A stretch of 64,000 nt of DNA from Malacoraja senta (lineage: Eukaryota), in assembly GCA_038087875.1 (NCBI GenBank), contig CM075987.1, forward strand, positions 16,866,001-16,930,000, given 5' to 3'. The translations under genes and the position numbers were made by a program. Numbering within the stretch: position 1 is the stretch's first letter; each line of letters opens with the position of its first letter. Under the pieces are notes generated by a model, which worked only from the letters and a program-made list of their open reading frames with translations, had not been told where the DNA came from and did not search any database. Below are positions 48,430 to 60,650 of the stretch, in pieces.

Positions 48430-49066
48430 TCTTGGAAACTGTCATTGCTTGACACTTCCGTGTTGCAAATTTGGGACAAGATGTTAAATTTGGGACAAGA
48501 TGTCTCACGAGTCTGCGGTCATTGGCGGCGAAACGGGAAGAATCTACCGCTCCTGGGCCGCCGTAGACCGCGCACTCGGTCAAACGCACAATTCCGGGGC
48601 CGTGCGGCGTTGTTCCCAACACCGCACGGTGCTAAAATAAAACCAACACTTCAAAAATATGTCCCTACCGCACAGCCTCCGCCAGTGAGGCACGAGTGCG
48701 GCACGGCCGCCGCCACAGCCACCACTACAGCGCCACGATCAGGACGGCCGCCGCCACAGCCGCCGCTAGTGAGTCACGTGTGCGGTACGGCCGCCGCCAC
48801 AGCCACCGCTACAGCGCCGTGATCAGGACGGCCGCCGCCACAGCCCCGCAGATCCAAAATGACGTCATCGCAGTCGGCCCGCCTGTTTTTTTACTTACCG
48901 CAAGCACGTGGGACCAGCCGTTTTTAAATCACTCGGCCCCCGTGCAGCATCCGTGCGGCGCTCCCATGGCATAGGCTCGGCGCTCTCGCCGTTGCCGTGC
49001 GGTCCACTCTACAAGCGAAGCCGCGCTTCACCGCCGATGACCGCAACACCGTAAGACAGAGCCTTA
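48430..49066. mobile_element. CpG-rich element with internal tandem repeats, probably a non-autonomous DNA transposon
   Basis: aaatttgggacaagatgt occurs twice (about 48467-48503), and an 84-bp unit occurs twice (about 48685-48846). The end gtaagacagagccttaa loosely resembles the TIR at 5618. Confidence 0.45.
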
Positions 49067-49689
49067 ACAGTTGTACAAGTCATTGGTGAGACTGCACATG
49101 TAGAATTGTGTGCAATTCAGATTGCTATACTATAGCAAAGATGTGATTAAGCTAGAGAAGGTGTAGAAAGGATTCACAGGAATGTTGCTTGGACTGGAGG
49201 ACTTGAGTATGAGGAGAGACTGCATAGGCTGAGACTGCTTTCCTTGAAGTGGAAACAGAGGGGTGAGCTGATAGTGATTTATAAAACATGAATGCCATAG
49301 ATAAGTAGATAGTCACAGTATCTTTCCCAGGATAGGTAGTCTAGAACTACAGATCACAAGTTTAAGGTGAGGAGAAAGAATTACATGGAAACATAGAAAA
49401 TAGGTGCAGGAGGAGGCCATTTGGCCCTTCGAGCCAGCACCGCCATTCATTGTGATCATGGCTGATTATCCACAATTAGTAACCCGTGCCTGCCTTCTCC
49501 CCATATCCCTTTATTCTGCTAGCCTATAGAGCTCTATCTAACTCTCTTTTAAATTCATCCAGTGCATTGGCCTCCACTGCCCTCTGTGGCAGCGAATTCC
49601 ACAAATTCACAACTCTCTGGGTGAAAAAGTTTTTTCTCATTTCAGTTTTAAATGACCTCCCCTTTATTCTTAGACTGCGGCCCCTGATT

Positions 49690-50910
49690 TGAATGAATGA
49701 ATAAGTTTATTGGCCAAGTATATTCACATACAAGGAATTTGCCTTGGTGCTCCGCCCACAGGTGACAACATGACATACAGTGACAGTTAGGAATGACACA
49801 TAAAACATTAAACAGTAATAATAAAACATTATCGATTAAACACATGAATTAAATAAATTACCTGAGCATAAGGAGGCTACAGATTTTTGGTTATTGAATA
49901 GAGCTACTACTCGTGGATAAAAGCTGTTTTTATGTCTGGCTGTGGCAGCTTTGACAGCCTGGAGTCGCCTTCCAGAGGGAAATGATTCAAAGAGTTTGTG
50001 GCCAGGGTGAGAGGGGTCAGAGATGATGGTACACGCTCACTTCCTGGCCCTTGCAGTGTACAGTTCGTCAGTGGAGGGAAGGTTGCAGCAAATAACCTTC
50101 TCAGCTGATCGGACGATTCGCTGCAGCCTCCGGATGTCGTGCTTGGTGGCTGAGCCAAACCAGACCATGATGGAGAAGGTGGACAGACTCTACGATGGCC
50201 GTATAGAATTGGACCATCATTGCCTGTGGAAGATTGAGCTTCCTCAGCTGCCGCAGGTAGTACATCCTATGTTGTGCCTTTTTGACTGTGGAGTCAATGG
50301 TAGCCCCGCATTTAAGGTCCTTGGAGATGATGGTTCCAAGGAACTTAAAAGACTCCACAGATTGTGGTGTTGTTGATGGTGAGTGGGGTGAGGGGAGGGG
50401 GAGCTCTCCTAAAGTCTACAATCAATTCCACTGTCTTAAGAGCATTGAGCTCTAGGTTGTTGCGACGGCACCAGGACGCCAGCTGTGGCACTTCCTGTCT
50501 GTAGGCAGATTCCTCCCCATCCTGGATCAGTCCAATCAGGGTTGTGTCGTCTGTAAACGTGAGAAGCTTTGCAGAGGAGTCTGTGGAGATGCAGTCATTG
50601 GTGTAAAGAGAGTAGAGGGGAGGGTATGCAGCCTTGCGGTGCTCCTATGTTGAGGGTCCGAAATGTGCTTTCCCAGCCTCACATGCTGCTTCCTGTCTGT
50701 CAGGAAGCTGGTGATCCACCGACAGAGGGGTTCAGGCACAGTCAACTTGGAAAGTTTGGAGTGTAGTAACTCTGGCACAATGGTGTTGAATGTGAGCTAA
50801 AACCAACAAACAAAATCCTTGCATAGGTCCCCTGGTGGTCTAGGTGCTGGAGGATAAAGTGCAGGCCCAGATTGACTGCGTCATCCCACAGATCTATTGG
50901 CCTGATATGC
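49690..50910 (-). mobile_element. Rex1/Babar LINE RT and 3' fragment
   Basis: LCRWITSFLTDRKQHVRLG, ESFKFLGTIIS and KKAQHRMYYLRQLRK. Tail (ATTC)n at 49690-49700. Confidence 0.9.
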
Positions 50911-51244
50911 AAAGAAGTGATGTTGTGCAGCACGGAGGGTGTGTGTAGTGGACGTGGCCGCAATCTTTTGCAGTCAGGCTGTAATTGGGTGTTAAATGGT
51001 GATTGGAGAGGGGTGGATGGGTAATGGGTCCAGTCTTTTCAGACTGGAGTATTGCTTTAAGTAGGTGTGAAGTGGTGATTGGGGAGAAGTGGGTGTAGAA
51101 GGGATTTGCAGACTGGGATCTGGCTGTGTTGGTTGGGGAGGGGGGGGGGGGGGGTACCAGGGTTACGTTTCTGCTTGGTTCTGAACTCCCTCAACATTGG
51201 GAATTGGTAACATTTAGCCAATGAATGTAGTGCACCTGAAACTT

Positions 51245-52335
51245 TCAGAAAGCATTTGATAAGGTCCCACATAGGAGATTAGTGGGCAAAATTAGAGCAC
51301 ATGGTATTGGGGGTGGGGTGCTGACATGGATGGAAAATTGGTTGGCAGGCAGGAAACAACGGGTCCCTTTCAGAATGACAGGCTCGGTGCTGGGACTGCA
51401 GCTATTTACAATATATATGCATGATTTAGATGATGGGATTAAAAGTAACATTAGCAAATTTGCAGATGACACAAGGCTGGATGGCAGTGTGAACTGTGAG
51501 GAGGATGCTATGAGGATGCAGGGTGACTTGGACAGTCTGGGTGAGTGGGCAGATGCAGTTTATAATGTGGATAAATGTGAGGTTATCCACTTTGTGGCAA
51601 AAACAGGAAGGCAGATTATTATCTAAATGGTGGCAAGTTGGGAAAGGGGGAAGTATAATGGGTCCTTGTTCATCAGTCACTGAAAGTAAGCATGCAGGTA
51701 CAGCAGGCAGTGAAGAAAGTGAATGGCATGTTAGCCTTCATAGCAAGAGGAGTTGACTATAGGAGCAAAGAAGTCCTTCTGCATTTGTATAGGGCCCCAG
51801 TGAGACCACACCTGGAGTATTGTGTGCAGTTTTGGTCTCCAAATTTGAGAAAGGACATCCTTGCAGCGTAAGTTCACGAGGTTAATTCCAGAGATGGCGG
51901 GGCTGTCAAATGTTGATAGAATGGAGCGGCTGGGCTTGAATTTGGAAGAATGAGTGGGGATCTTATTGAAACATATAAGATTATTAAGGGTTTGGACACG
52001 CTAGAGGCAGGAAACATGTTCCTGATGTTGGGAAAGTCCAGAACCAGGGGCCACAGTTTAAGAATAAGGGGTAAGCCATTTAGAACGGAGATGAGGAAAC
52101 ACTTTTTCTCACAGAGAGTGGTGAGTCTGTGGAATTCTCTGCCTCAGAGGGCAGTGGAGGCCGGTTCTCTGGATACTTTCAAGAGAGAGTTAGATAGAGC
52201 TCGTAAAGATAGCGGAGTCAAGGGATATGGGGAGAAGGCAGAAACGGGGTACTGATTGGGGATGATCATCCATGATCACATTGAATGGCGGTGCTGGCTC
52301 GAAGGGCCAAATGGCCTACTGCACCTATTGTCTAT
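51245..52335 (+). mobile_element. CR1 RT/3' fragment
   Basis: ORFs 51282-51626 (KFADD) and 51950-52255, with a complete CR1 3' tail. Confidence 0.9.
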
Positions 52336-52554
52336 TGCCTAACTGGCCTGTCCAGTCCTTTTATAATTTTACATAAGATATCCTCTCATCCTTCTAAATT
52401 CCAGTGAATACAAGCCCTGTCTTTCCAATCTTTCCTCATATGTCCCGCCATCCTGGGGATTAACCTCGTGAACCTACACTACAGTGCCTCAATAGCAGAC
52501 CCCTTCACTTTTTCCACCTTTTTTTACGTTACAGCCGTACTCTAAAATGGATTT

Positions 52555-53670
52555 ACTCTAATATGACAGTCCCGCCATCCAGGAAATTAACCTTGTAAAC
52601 CTATGCTACACTCCCTCAATAGCAAGAATGTCCTTCCTGAAATTAGGGGACCCAAACTGCACACAATACTCCAGGTGTGGTCTCACTAGGGCTCTGTACA
52701 ACTGCAGAAGGACCTCTTTGCTCCTAAACTCAACTCCTCTTGTTATGAAGGCCAACATGCCATTCGTTTTCTTCACTGCCTGCTGTACCCGCATGCTTCA
52801 TTGACTGATGAACAAGGACCCCCAGATCCCGTTGTACTTCCCCTTTTCCCAATTTGCCACCATTTAGATAATAATCTGCCTTCCTGTTTTTGCTACCAAA
52901 GTGGATAATCTCACATTTATCCACATTAGACTGCATCTGTCATGCATCTGCCCACTCACCCAACCTGTCCAAGTCACCCTGCATTCTCATAGCATCCTCC
53001 TCACAGTTCACACTGCCACCCAGCTTTGTGTCATCTCCAAATTTGCTAATGTTACTTTGAATCCCTTCATCTAAATCATTGATGTATATTGTAAATAGCT
53101 GCAGTCCCAGCACCGAGCCTTGCAGTACCCCACTAGTCACTGCCTGCCATTCTGAAAGGAACCTGTTAATCCCCATTCTTTGTTTCCTGTCTGCCAACCA
53201 CTTCTCTATCCATGTCAGCACACTACCCCCAATACCATGTGCCCTTATTTTGCCCACTAATCTCCTATGTGGGACCTTATCAACTGCTTTCTGAAAGGTA
53301 CACTATATCCACTGGCTCTCCCTTGACCATTTTCCTGGTTACATCCTCAAAAGAATCCAGAAGATTAGTCAAGCTTGATTTCCCCTTCGTAAATCCATGT
53401 TGACTCGGACCGATCCTGTTAATATTATCCAAATGTGTCGCTATTTCATCTTTTATATTTGACTCCAGCATCTTCCCCACCACCGATGTCAGGCTAACTG
53501 GTCTATAATTCCCTGTTTTCTCTCTCCTGCCTTTCTTAAAAAGTGGGATAACATTAGCTACCCTCCAATCCACAGGAACTGATCCTGATACTATAGAACA
53601 TTGGAAAATTATCACCAATGCATCCACAATTTCTAGAGCCACTTCCTTAAGTACCCTGGGATGCAGACCA
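52555..53670 (-). mobile_element. CR1 RT fragment within the Tc1 left arm
   Basis: ORFs 52606-52794, 52940-53257 and 53280-53642 (NYRPVSLTS, SQHGF). Confidence 0.9.
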
Positions 53671-54117
53671 TTGATTATCCTTGAGATGTTTCTACAACTT
53701 GATTGGAGTCCACCAGTGGTAAATCAAATCGATTGTACATGATTTGGAAATGCACACGCCTGTCTATATAAGGTCCCACAGTTGACAGTGCATGTCAGAG
53801 TAAAAACCAAGCCATGAAGACAAAGGAATTGTCCGTAGACATCCGAGACAGGATTGTGTCAAGACATATCTGGGGAAGGGTATAAAACGATTTCTGCAGC
53901 ATTACAGGTCCCGAAGAGCACAGTGGCCTCCGTCATTCTTAAATGAAAGAACTTTGAAACTACCAGGACTCTTCATAGAGCTGTACGTCCGGCCAAACTG
54001 AGCAATCGGGGGAGAAGGGCCTTGGTCAGGGAGGTGACCAAGAACCCGATGGTCAGAGCTGACAGCTCCAGAGTTAATCTGTGGAGATGGGAGAAACTTC
54101 CGGAAGGACAACTATAT

Positions 54118-54644
54118 AACCATATAACCATATAACAATTACAGCACGGAAACAGGCCATCTCGACCCTTCTAGTCCGTGCCGAACACGTATTCTCCCCT
54201 AGTCCCATATACCTGCTCTCAGACCATAACCCTCCATTCCTTTCCCGTCCATATAACTATCCAATTTATTTTTAAATGATAAAAACGAACCTGCCTCCAC
54301 CACCTTCACTGGAAGCTCATTCCACACAGCCACCACTCTCTGAGTAAAGAAGTTCCCCCTCATGTTACCCCTAAACTTCTGTCCCTTAATTCTCAAGTCA
54401 TGTCCCCTTGTTTGAATCTTCCCTACTCTCAGTGGGAAAAGCTTATCCACGTCAACTCTGTCTATCCCTCTCATCATTTTAAAGACCTCTATCAAGTCCC
54501 CCCTTAACCTTCTGCGCTCCGAAGAATAAAGACCTAACTTGTTCAACCTTTCTCTGTAACTTAGTTGCTGAAACCCAGGCAACATTCTAGTAAATCTCCT
54601 CTGTACTCTCTCTATTTTGTTGACATCCTTCCTATAATTAGGCG
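54118..54644 (-). mobile_element. Young 5'-truncated CR1 with 8-bp TSD inside the Tc1 transposase
   Basis: TSD aactatat at 54110-54117 and 54645-54652. (GTTATATG)n tail. Protein nearly identical to 30305-30880. Confidence 0.93.
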
Positions 54645-56022
54645 AACTATATCTGCAGCACTCCACCAATCAGGCCTTTATGGTAGAATGGCCAGACGGA
54701 AGCCACTCCTCAGTAAAAGGCACATGACAGCCCGCTTGGAGTTTGCCAAAAGTCACCTAAACAAGATTCTCTGGTCTGATGAAACCAAGATTGAACTCTT
54801 TGGCCTGAATGCCAAGCGTCACGTCTGGAGGAAACCAGGCATCGCTCATCACCTGGCCAATACCATACCTACGGTGCATAAGCATGGTGGTGGCAGCATC
54901 ATGCTGTGGGGATGTTTTTCAGCAGCAGGAAATGGGAAACTAGTCAGGATCGAGGGAAAGATGAACGGAGCAAAGTACAGAGAGATCCTTGATGAAAACC
55001 TGCTCCAGAGCGTTCTGGACCTCAGACTGGGGCGGAGGTTCACCTTCCAACAGGACAACGACCGTAAGCACACAGCCAAGACAACACCGGAGTGGCTTCG
55101 TGACAAGTCTGTGAATGTCCTTGATTGGCCCAGCCAGAGCCCTGACTTGAACGAGATCGAATATCTCTGGAGAGACCTGAAAATAGCTGTTCATCGACGT
55201 TCCCCATCCGACAGAGCTTGAGAGGATCTGCAGAGAAGAATGGGAGAAATTACCCAAATACAGGTGTGCCAAGCTTGTAGCATCATACCCAAGAAGACTT
55301 GAGGCTGTAATCGCTGCCAAAGGTGTCTCAACAGAGTAAAGGGTCTGAATACTTTTGTAAATGTGATATTTCAGTAATTTATTTTTAATTACTTTACAAA
55401 ATTTTCTAAACACCTGTTTTCGCTTTTTTATTATGGGGTATTGTCTATAGATCGAACACATAAAAAAAAAATTTAATCCATTTTAAAATAAGGCTGTAAC
55501 GTAACAAAATGTGGAAAAAGTGAAGGGGTCTGAATACTTTCTGAATGCACTGTAGGTCAAATGAAGGCAAATGGAATAGTATATGCAGTGAACCATTATA
55601 ACAGACCCTAGTAGGGGGGATGGTGTCCATTATTGCCAATTGTCCACTCTAACCGATTAAGACATTATCATTGTATGCCGTTGAAACAAAGAACTGCAGA
55701 TGATTGTTAATACACAAAAGAGACATAAAGTGCTGGAGTAACTCAGCGAGCCAGGCAGCATCACTCGAGAATATGGATAGGTAACATCGGAACTTTTCTT
55801 CAGATTGATTCAGTCTGCTGAGTTACACCAGCACTTTGTGTCGTTTCACCTTAAAACTAGGCGCTGATACAATGCAGCAGCGAACTCTTCCTCACTGGTT
55901 CATGTGGCTGTTTTTGTGGCTCACATTGTAGCCCCTGAGGCTTTCTTCAAGCCTCTGCCAATGATAAGACACGCTCGGTCACTGTGGGACTCTCTCCCCT
56001 CTCACCTGCTACCACTTCCAAG

Positions 56023-56146
56023 GTGGAGTATGTTGGCGACTACGGGGAGAAGGAAGGAGGGGGGGGGGGAGTGGACAGAGCGACGGGAGAACGAGGAGAT
56101 GACTCTGACAGGAAACAGCAGCAGGTGCGAGGGAGGAAGCCCCACG
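56023..56146 (+). other. Candidate exon in a unique GC-rich island (gene assignment unknown)
   Basis: Pyrimidine tract ctctctcccctctcacctgctaccacttccaAG and donor ACG|GTgagt. The 124 nt are open in two frames. Confidence 0.3.
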
Positions 56147-56359
56147 GTGAGTGACTGAGCGCATCCTGTCGGTGGCGGCTGTCCGAAGAAAGTGCTGACC
56201 CAAGAGGCTATAACGTAAGGCACAAAAACACCCGTGTCACTGGACCATGTGGTGGGTGAAGGGCTCGCTGGTGCACATTACAGGTCGGGGGTGGAGTCTG
56301 AAGTCGTGACTTTGAATGGAAGTGGAGATGGTGCGAACCGGGGGTGCATCGACAGGTTC

Positions 56360-59300
56360 ATAAGTTTATGTTCATAAGTGATAGGAGCAGAATTAGGCCA
56401 TTTGGCCCATCAGGTCCACTCCACCATTCAATTATGACATCTATTTTTCCCTCTCAACCCCATTCTCCTGCCTTCTCTTCCGGCCTGTAACCCCTGGCAC
56501 CCTTAGTAATCATGAATTTGCCAATCGCCACCTTTAAAAATATCTATTGACGACCTCCGCAGCCTTCTGGGGCAATGAATTCCACAGATTCACCACCCGC
56601 TGAATAAAGACATACCTCCTCTTTTATTCTCAGGCTTTGGCCTCTGGTCCTAGACTCCCACTGGTGGAAACATCCTCTGCACATCCACTGTCCAGGCCTT
56701 TCACTATTCAATGTTTCAATGAGGTTCCCCCTCATCCTTCTAAACTCCAGCCAGTACAGGGCCAGTGCCGTCAAACGCTCGTCATATTTTAACCCTATAA
56801 GTTCTGAATGGAATGTATGCAATTCGACAGCGATCCGCATGGTAGGTTGCTCTGACAGATTCGATCTCATGGGATCTAAGGAGAGATAGCAAATTGGCTT
56901 CATGGAAAGAAGCAGAGGGTGATGGTGGAAGGTTGCTTTTCAGACTGGAGGCCTGTGACTAGTGGTGTGCCTCAGGGTTCGGTGCTGAGCCCGTTACTGT
57001 TTGCCTTCTATATCATTGATTTGGATGTAAACATACAGTACAAGACATGATTAGTAAGTTTGCAAGTGACACAAAAGTGGGTGGTATTGTAAATAGTGAA
57101 GATGTTTGTCAAAAATTGCAGCAGGATGTTGATCGATTGGGCAGTTGGGCTAAGGAATGACTGTGCAATGTTATAGGTGTCAATGGAATTTTAAGTTTGC
57201 ACAAAAGATTTATGTGAATGTTGCCAGGACTCGAGGGCCTCAGCTACAGGGCGAGGTTGAGCAGGCGAGGACGTTATTCCATGGAGCACAGGAGGATGAG
57301 GGGTACAAAATCATAAGAGGAATAGATCGGGAAACAGTCTCTTGCCCAGAGTAAAGGAACCGAGAGCCAGAAGGCAGTTTATGGTAAGGGGGGGAAAGAT
57401 TTCATAGGAACTTGAGCGGTAACTATTTTACACAAAGAGTGGTGGGTGTATGGAACCAGTTGCCAGAGGAGGCAGGTACTATCGCAATGTTTAAAAAGCA
57501 TTTAGACAGGTACATGGATAGGAAAGGTTTAGAGGATATGGCCCAAAAGCAGGCTGGTGGGACTTGTGTAGATGGGGCATATTGGTCGGTGTGGGCAAGT
57601 TGGGCCGAAGGGCCTGATTCCACGCTGTTTGAAACTATGAATAATATACTGTTTGACCTGGTGTCAGTGAGTCCGTTAATGGAGATCGTGTGCTTCTATA
57701 AAGCACTGTTAATGATGCCTTCCATCATTTCTGCTGATGATTGAGTGTTGAACGATAGGACACACAAATATTCCATGTGGGTAGCTTACAACCCAACTGA
57801 ATGTACATATGTTGGTACCATCGTCCCCTCCCGTTTTTTCCCCTGTGCCCAACCCCATTTCTCCCACTATCTTCCCCTTCCCCCAATCCCATTTCATCTA
57901 TATCCATTCCTCTGTCTTCCTGTGACTAGTGGTGTACCTCAGGGATCAGTGCTGGGCCCATTGCTATTTATAGTTTATATCGACGACTTGAATATGTACA
58001 AGGCATGATTAGTATGTTTGCAGATGATACTAAAATAGGTAATATCGTAGACTATGTGGATTGTTATAAAAAGTCACAGAAGGACCTTGATCAGTTGGAA
58101 AAAAGGTTTTGACTGTATACCCTATCTATGTCTCTATCATATCTCCTCTCAACCTCTGATGATCCAGAAAAAACAATCCAAGTCTATCCTGTAGCTGACA
58201 CTCTAATCCAGGCAGCATTTTGTAAGCCTCCTCTGCACCCACTCCAAAGCCTCCACATCTTTCCTGTAAAGGGATGACCAGAACTGCGCGCAATACTCCA
58301 AATGCACCTAAACAAAAGTCCTATAGAGCTGAATCATGACTTCCAGCCTTTCTTTTACTCAATGCCTCTAGCAATGAAGGCAAGCATACCATATGCCTTC
58401 TTTATCACTGTGATCTACTCTACTTGTGTTGCCACCTTCAGTGAGCTATGAATTTAGACTCCAAGAACCTTCTGCACATCAATGCTGTTCAGGGACTTGC
58501 CATTAACTGTATACTCTCCTCTTACATCCAATCTCCCAAAGTGCAGCACCTCACACTCGCTTGGGTTAAACTCCATCTGCTATTCCTCCGCCTTCCTACA
58601 ATACGATAAAACTTTATTCATCACCGGAGGGAAAATTTGTCTGCCGCCAGTCACGACACACAACAAAGGTACACAAATTCTTGAAATTAAAAGTGAAAAC
58701 AAAAAGAAAAAGAGACAAGCGACTTGTCTGGCTGCCGTGAGCATTGCGCCTTCACCGGAACAAATGAACAAACAAACAAACGAGCGCAGGCTTATCCCCT
58801 GGGCAGAGGATTCTAAAACTACAGTGACACCCCCTCCCCCCACACCGGGTTCCCCTTTGTTCTCCCACCGTCCCTCACAGCGGTCACCCTGTGCCAGGTC
58901 CCCATTGTTCTTCACGGTGGTCCCCCCACGCCAGGTCCCCATTGTCTTCCCCTTCCCCCCTCACTCTCATCGACCGCGAGGCCCCACTGCCACCACCACT
59001 GAGGCTCCTTTGGCCCAGACAGGCCTCATCGCCCGGCTTCACCACAGCCTTCCTCACTGTCTGCAACTCCGCTCATTTTGGTGTTGTCAGCAAACTTCCC
59101 AACCCATCTACATTTACTTCCAGGTCATTTATGTTTATCACAACAGCAGAGGTCTGAGAACAGATCCCTACAGAACTCCATTGGTCACTGATCTCCAGGC
59201 AGAATATCTACCTTGCACTACAACCCTCGCTTGTATGAACAAGCCAGTTCTGAATCCATACAACCAACTATTTGAAATCTGTCAGCGTATTGAGTATAGA

Positions 59301-60650
59301 GGGTGGGACGTTACGTTACAATTGTATAATATGTTAGTGGAGCCACAATTAGAGTATTATGAATAGCCTTCTTCACCCTGCTATAAGAAGGATGTCATTA
59401 CACTTGAAAGGAGATTTGCCAGGATTCAAGGGCCTGAGGTACAGGGAGTGGTTGGGCAAGCTTGGAGGTTATACCTTGGAACACTAGAGGCTGAGGGGTG
59501 ATCTTAGAGAAGTATATAAAATCAAGAAGGCAATAAATAGGGTGAATGGGTAAGAGAATCAAGTACCAGAGGTCGTAGGTTTAAGATGAGAGGGGAAGAT
59601 TTAATAGGAACCTGAGGGGCAACTTATTCACTCAGAGTATGGTGCATATATGGAACAGGCTTCTAGAGGAAGTTGAAGCTGGTCCCATCAGAGCATTTAT
59701 AAGACACTTGGACAGGTACATGGATAGAAAAGATTTAGAGTGATATGTGGCAATTGTGGCTAAATGGGACAAGCTGTGTGGAGCATATTGGTGAGCATGG
59801 ATGAGTTGGGCCAAATAACCTGTTACTGTTATGTATGATTCTATAACTCTGGCTTCACATTTCACTCTTCTGTTCTCTTTACAATAGACAGTAGACAATA
59901 GGTGCAGGAGTAGGCCATTCACTGTGATCATGGCTGATCATCCACAATCAGTTCCTGTGGATGATCACCCCGTTCCTGCCTTCTCCCCATCTTTCCTGCC
60001 TGACTCCACTATCTTTAAGAGCTCTATCTAACTCTCTTGAAAGCATCCAGAGAATCGGCCTCCACTGCCTTCTGAGGCAGAGAATTCCATAGATTCACAA
60101 CTCTCTAGGAGAAAAAGTTTTACCTCATCTCCGTTCTAAATGGCTAACCCCTTATTCTTAAACTGTGGCCCCTGCTCCTATACTCAACTCCTCTTTTATG
60201 AAGGCCAACATGCCATTAGCTTTCTTCACTGCATGCTTACTTTCAGTGACTGATATACAAGGACACCCAGATCTCGTTGTACTTTTCAAAACTTGACACC
60301 ATTCAGATGATAATCTTCCTTCCTGTTCTTGCCACCAAAGTGAATAACCTGACATTTATCCCCATTAAACTACATCTGCCATGCATCTGCCCACTACCCA
60401 ACCTGTCCCAAGTCACCCTGCATCTTCATAGCATCCTCCTCACAGTTCACACTGCCACCCAGCTTTGTGTTATCTGCATATTTGCTAGTTACTTTTAATC
60501 CCTTCATCTAATCATTAATGTACAGTCTATTGTAAATAACTGCGGTCCCAGCACCGAGCCTTGCGGTACCCCACTAGTCACTGCCTGTCATTCTGAAAGG
60601 GACCCGTTAATCCCTACTCTTTGTTTCCATGTGTTCTAATTTTGCCCACC
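56360..60650. mobile_element. Mosaic of degraded CR1 fragments on both strands, with a CpG-rich SINE-like insert (about 58598-59040, minus)
   Basis: [17 protein letters not shown] and multiple CR1 3' tails. The insert ends cagacaaattttccctccggtgatgaataaagttttatcgtatt on the minus strand. Confidence 0.75.

Larger units (their letters stand above)
52496..55552 (+). mobile_element. Tc1-family DNA transposon (DD34E type), fragmented by two CR1 insertions
   Basis: Left TIR remnant at 52496-52554. The body resumes at 53670, with transposase ATG near 53814. [32 protein letters not shown] and [13 protein letters not shown]. The right TIR ends cactg|TA at 55552. Confidence 0.93.

Noticed and set aside
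58482..59366. 294-aa ORF
   Set aside because: Chance read-through across antisense CR1, a GC-rich SINE-like insert and another CR1 piece.
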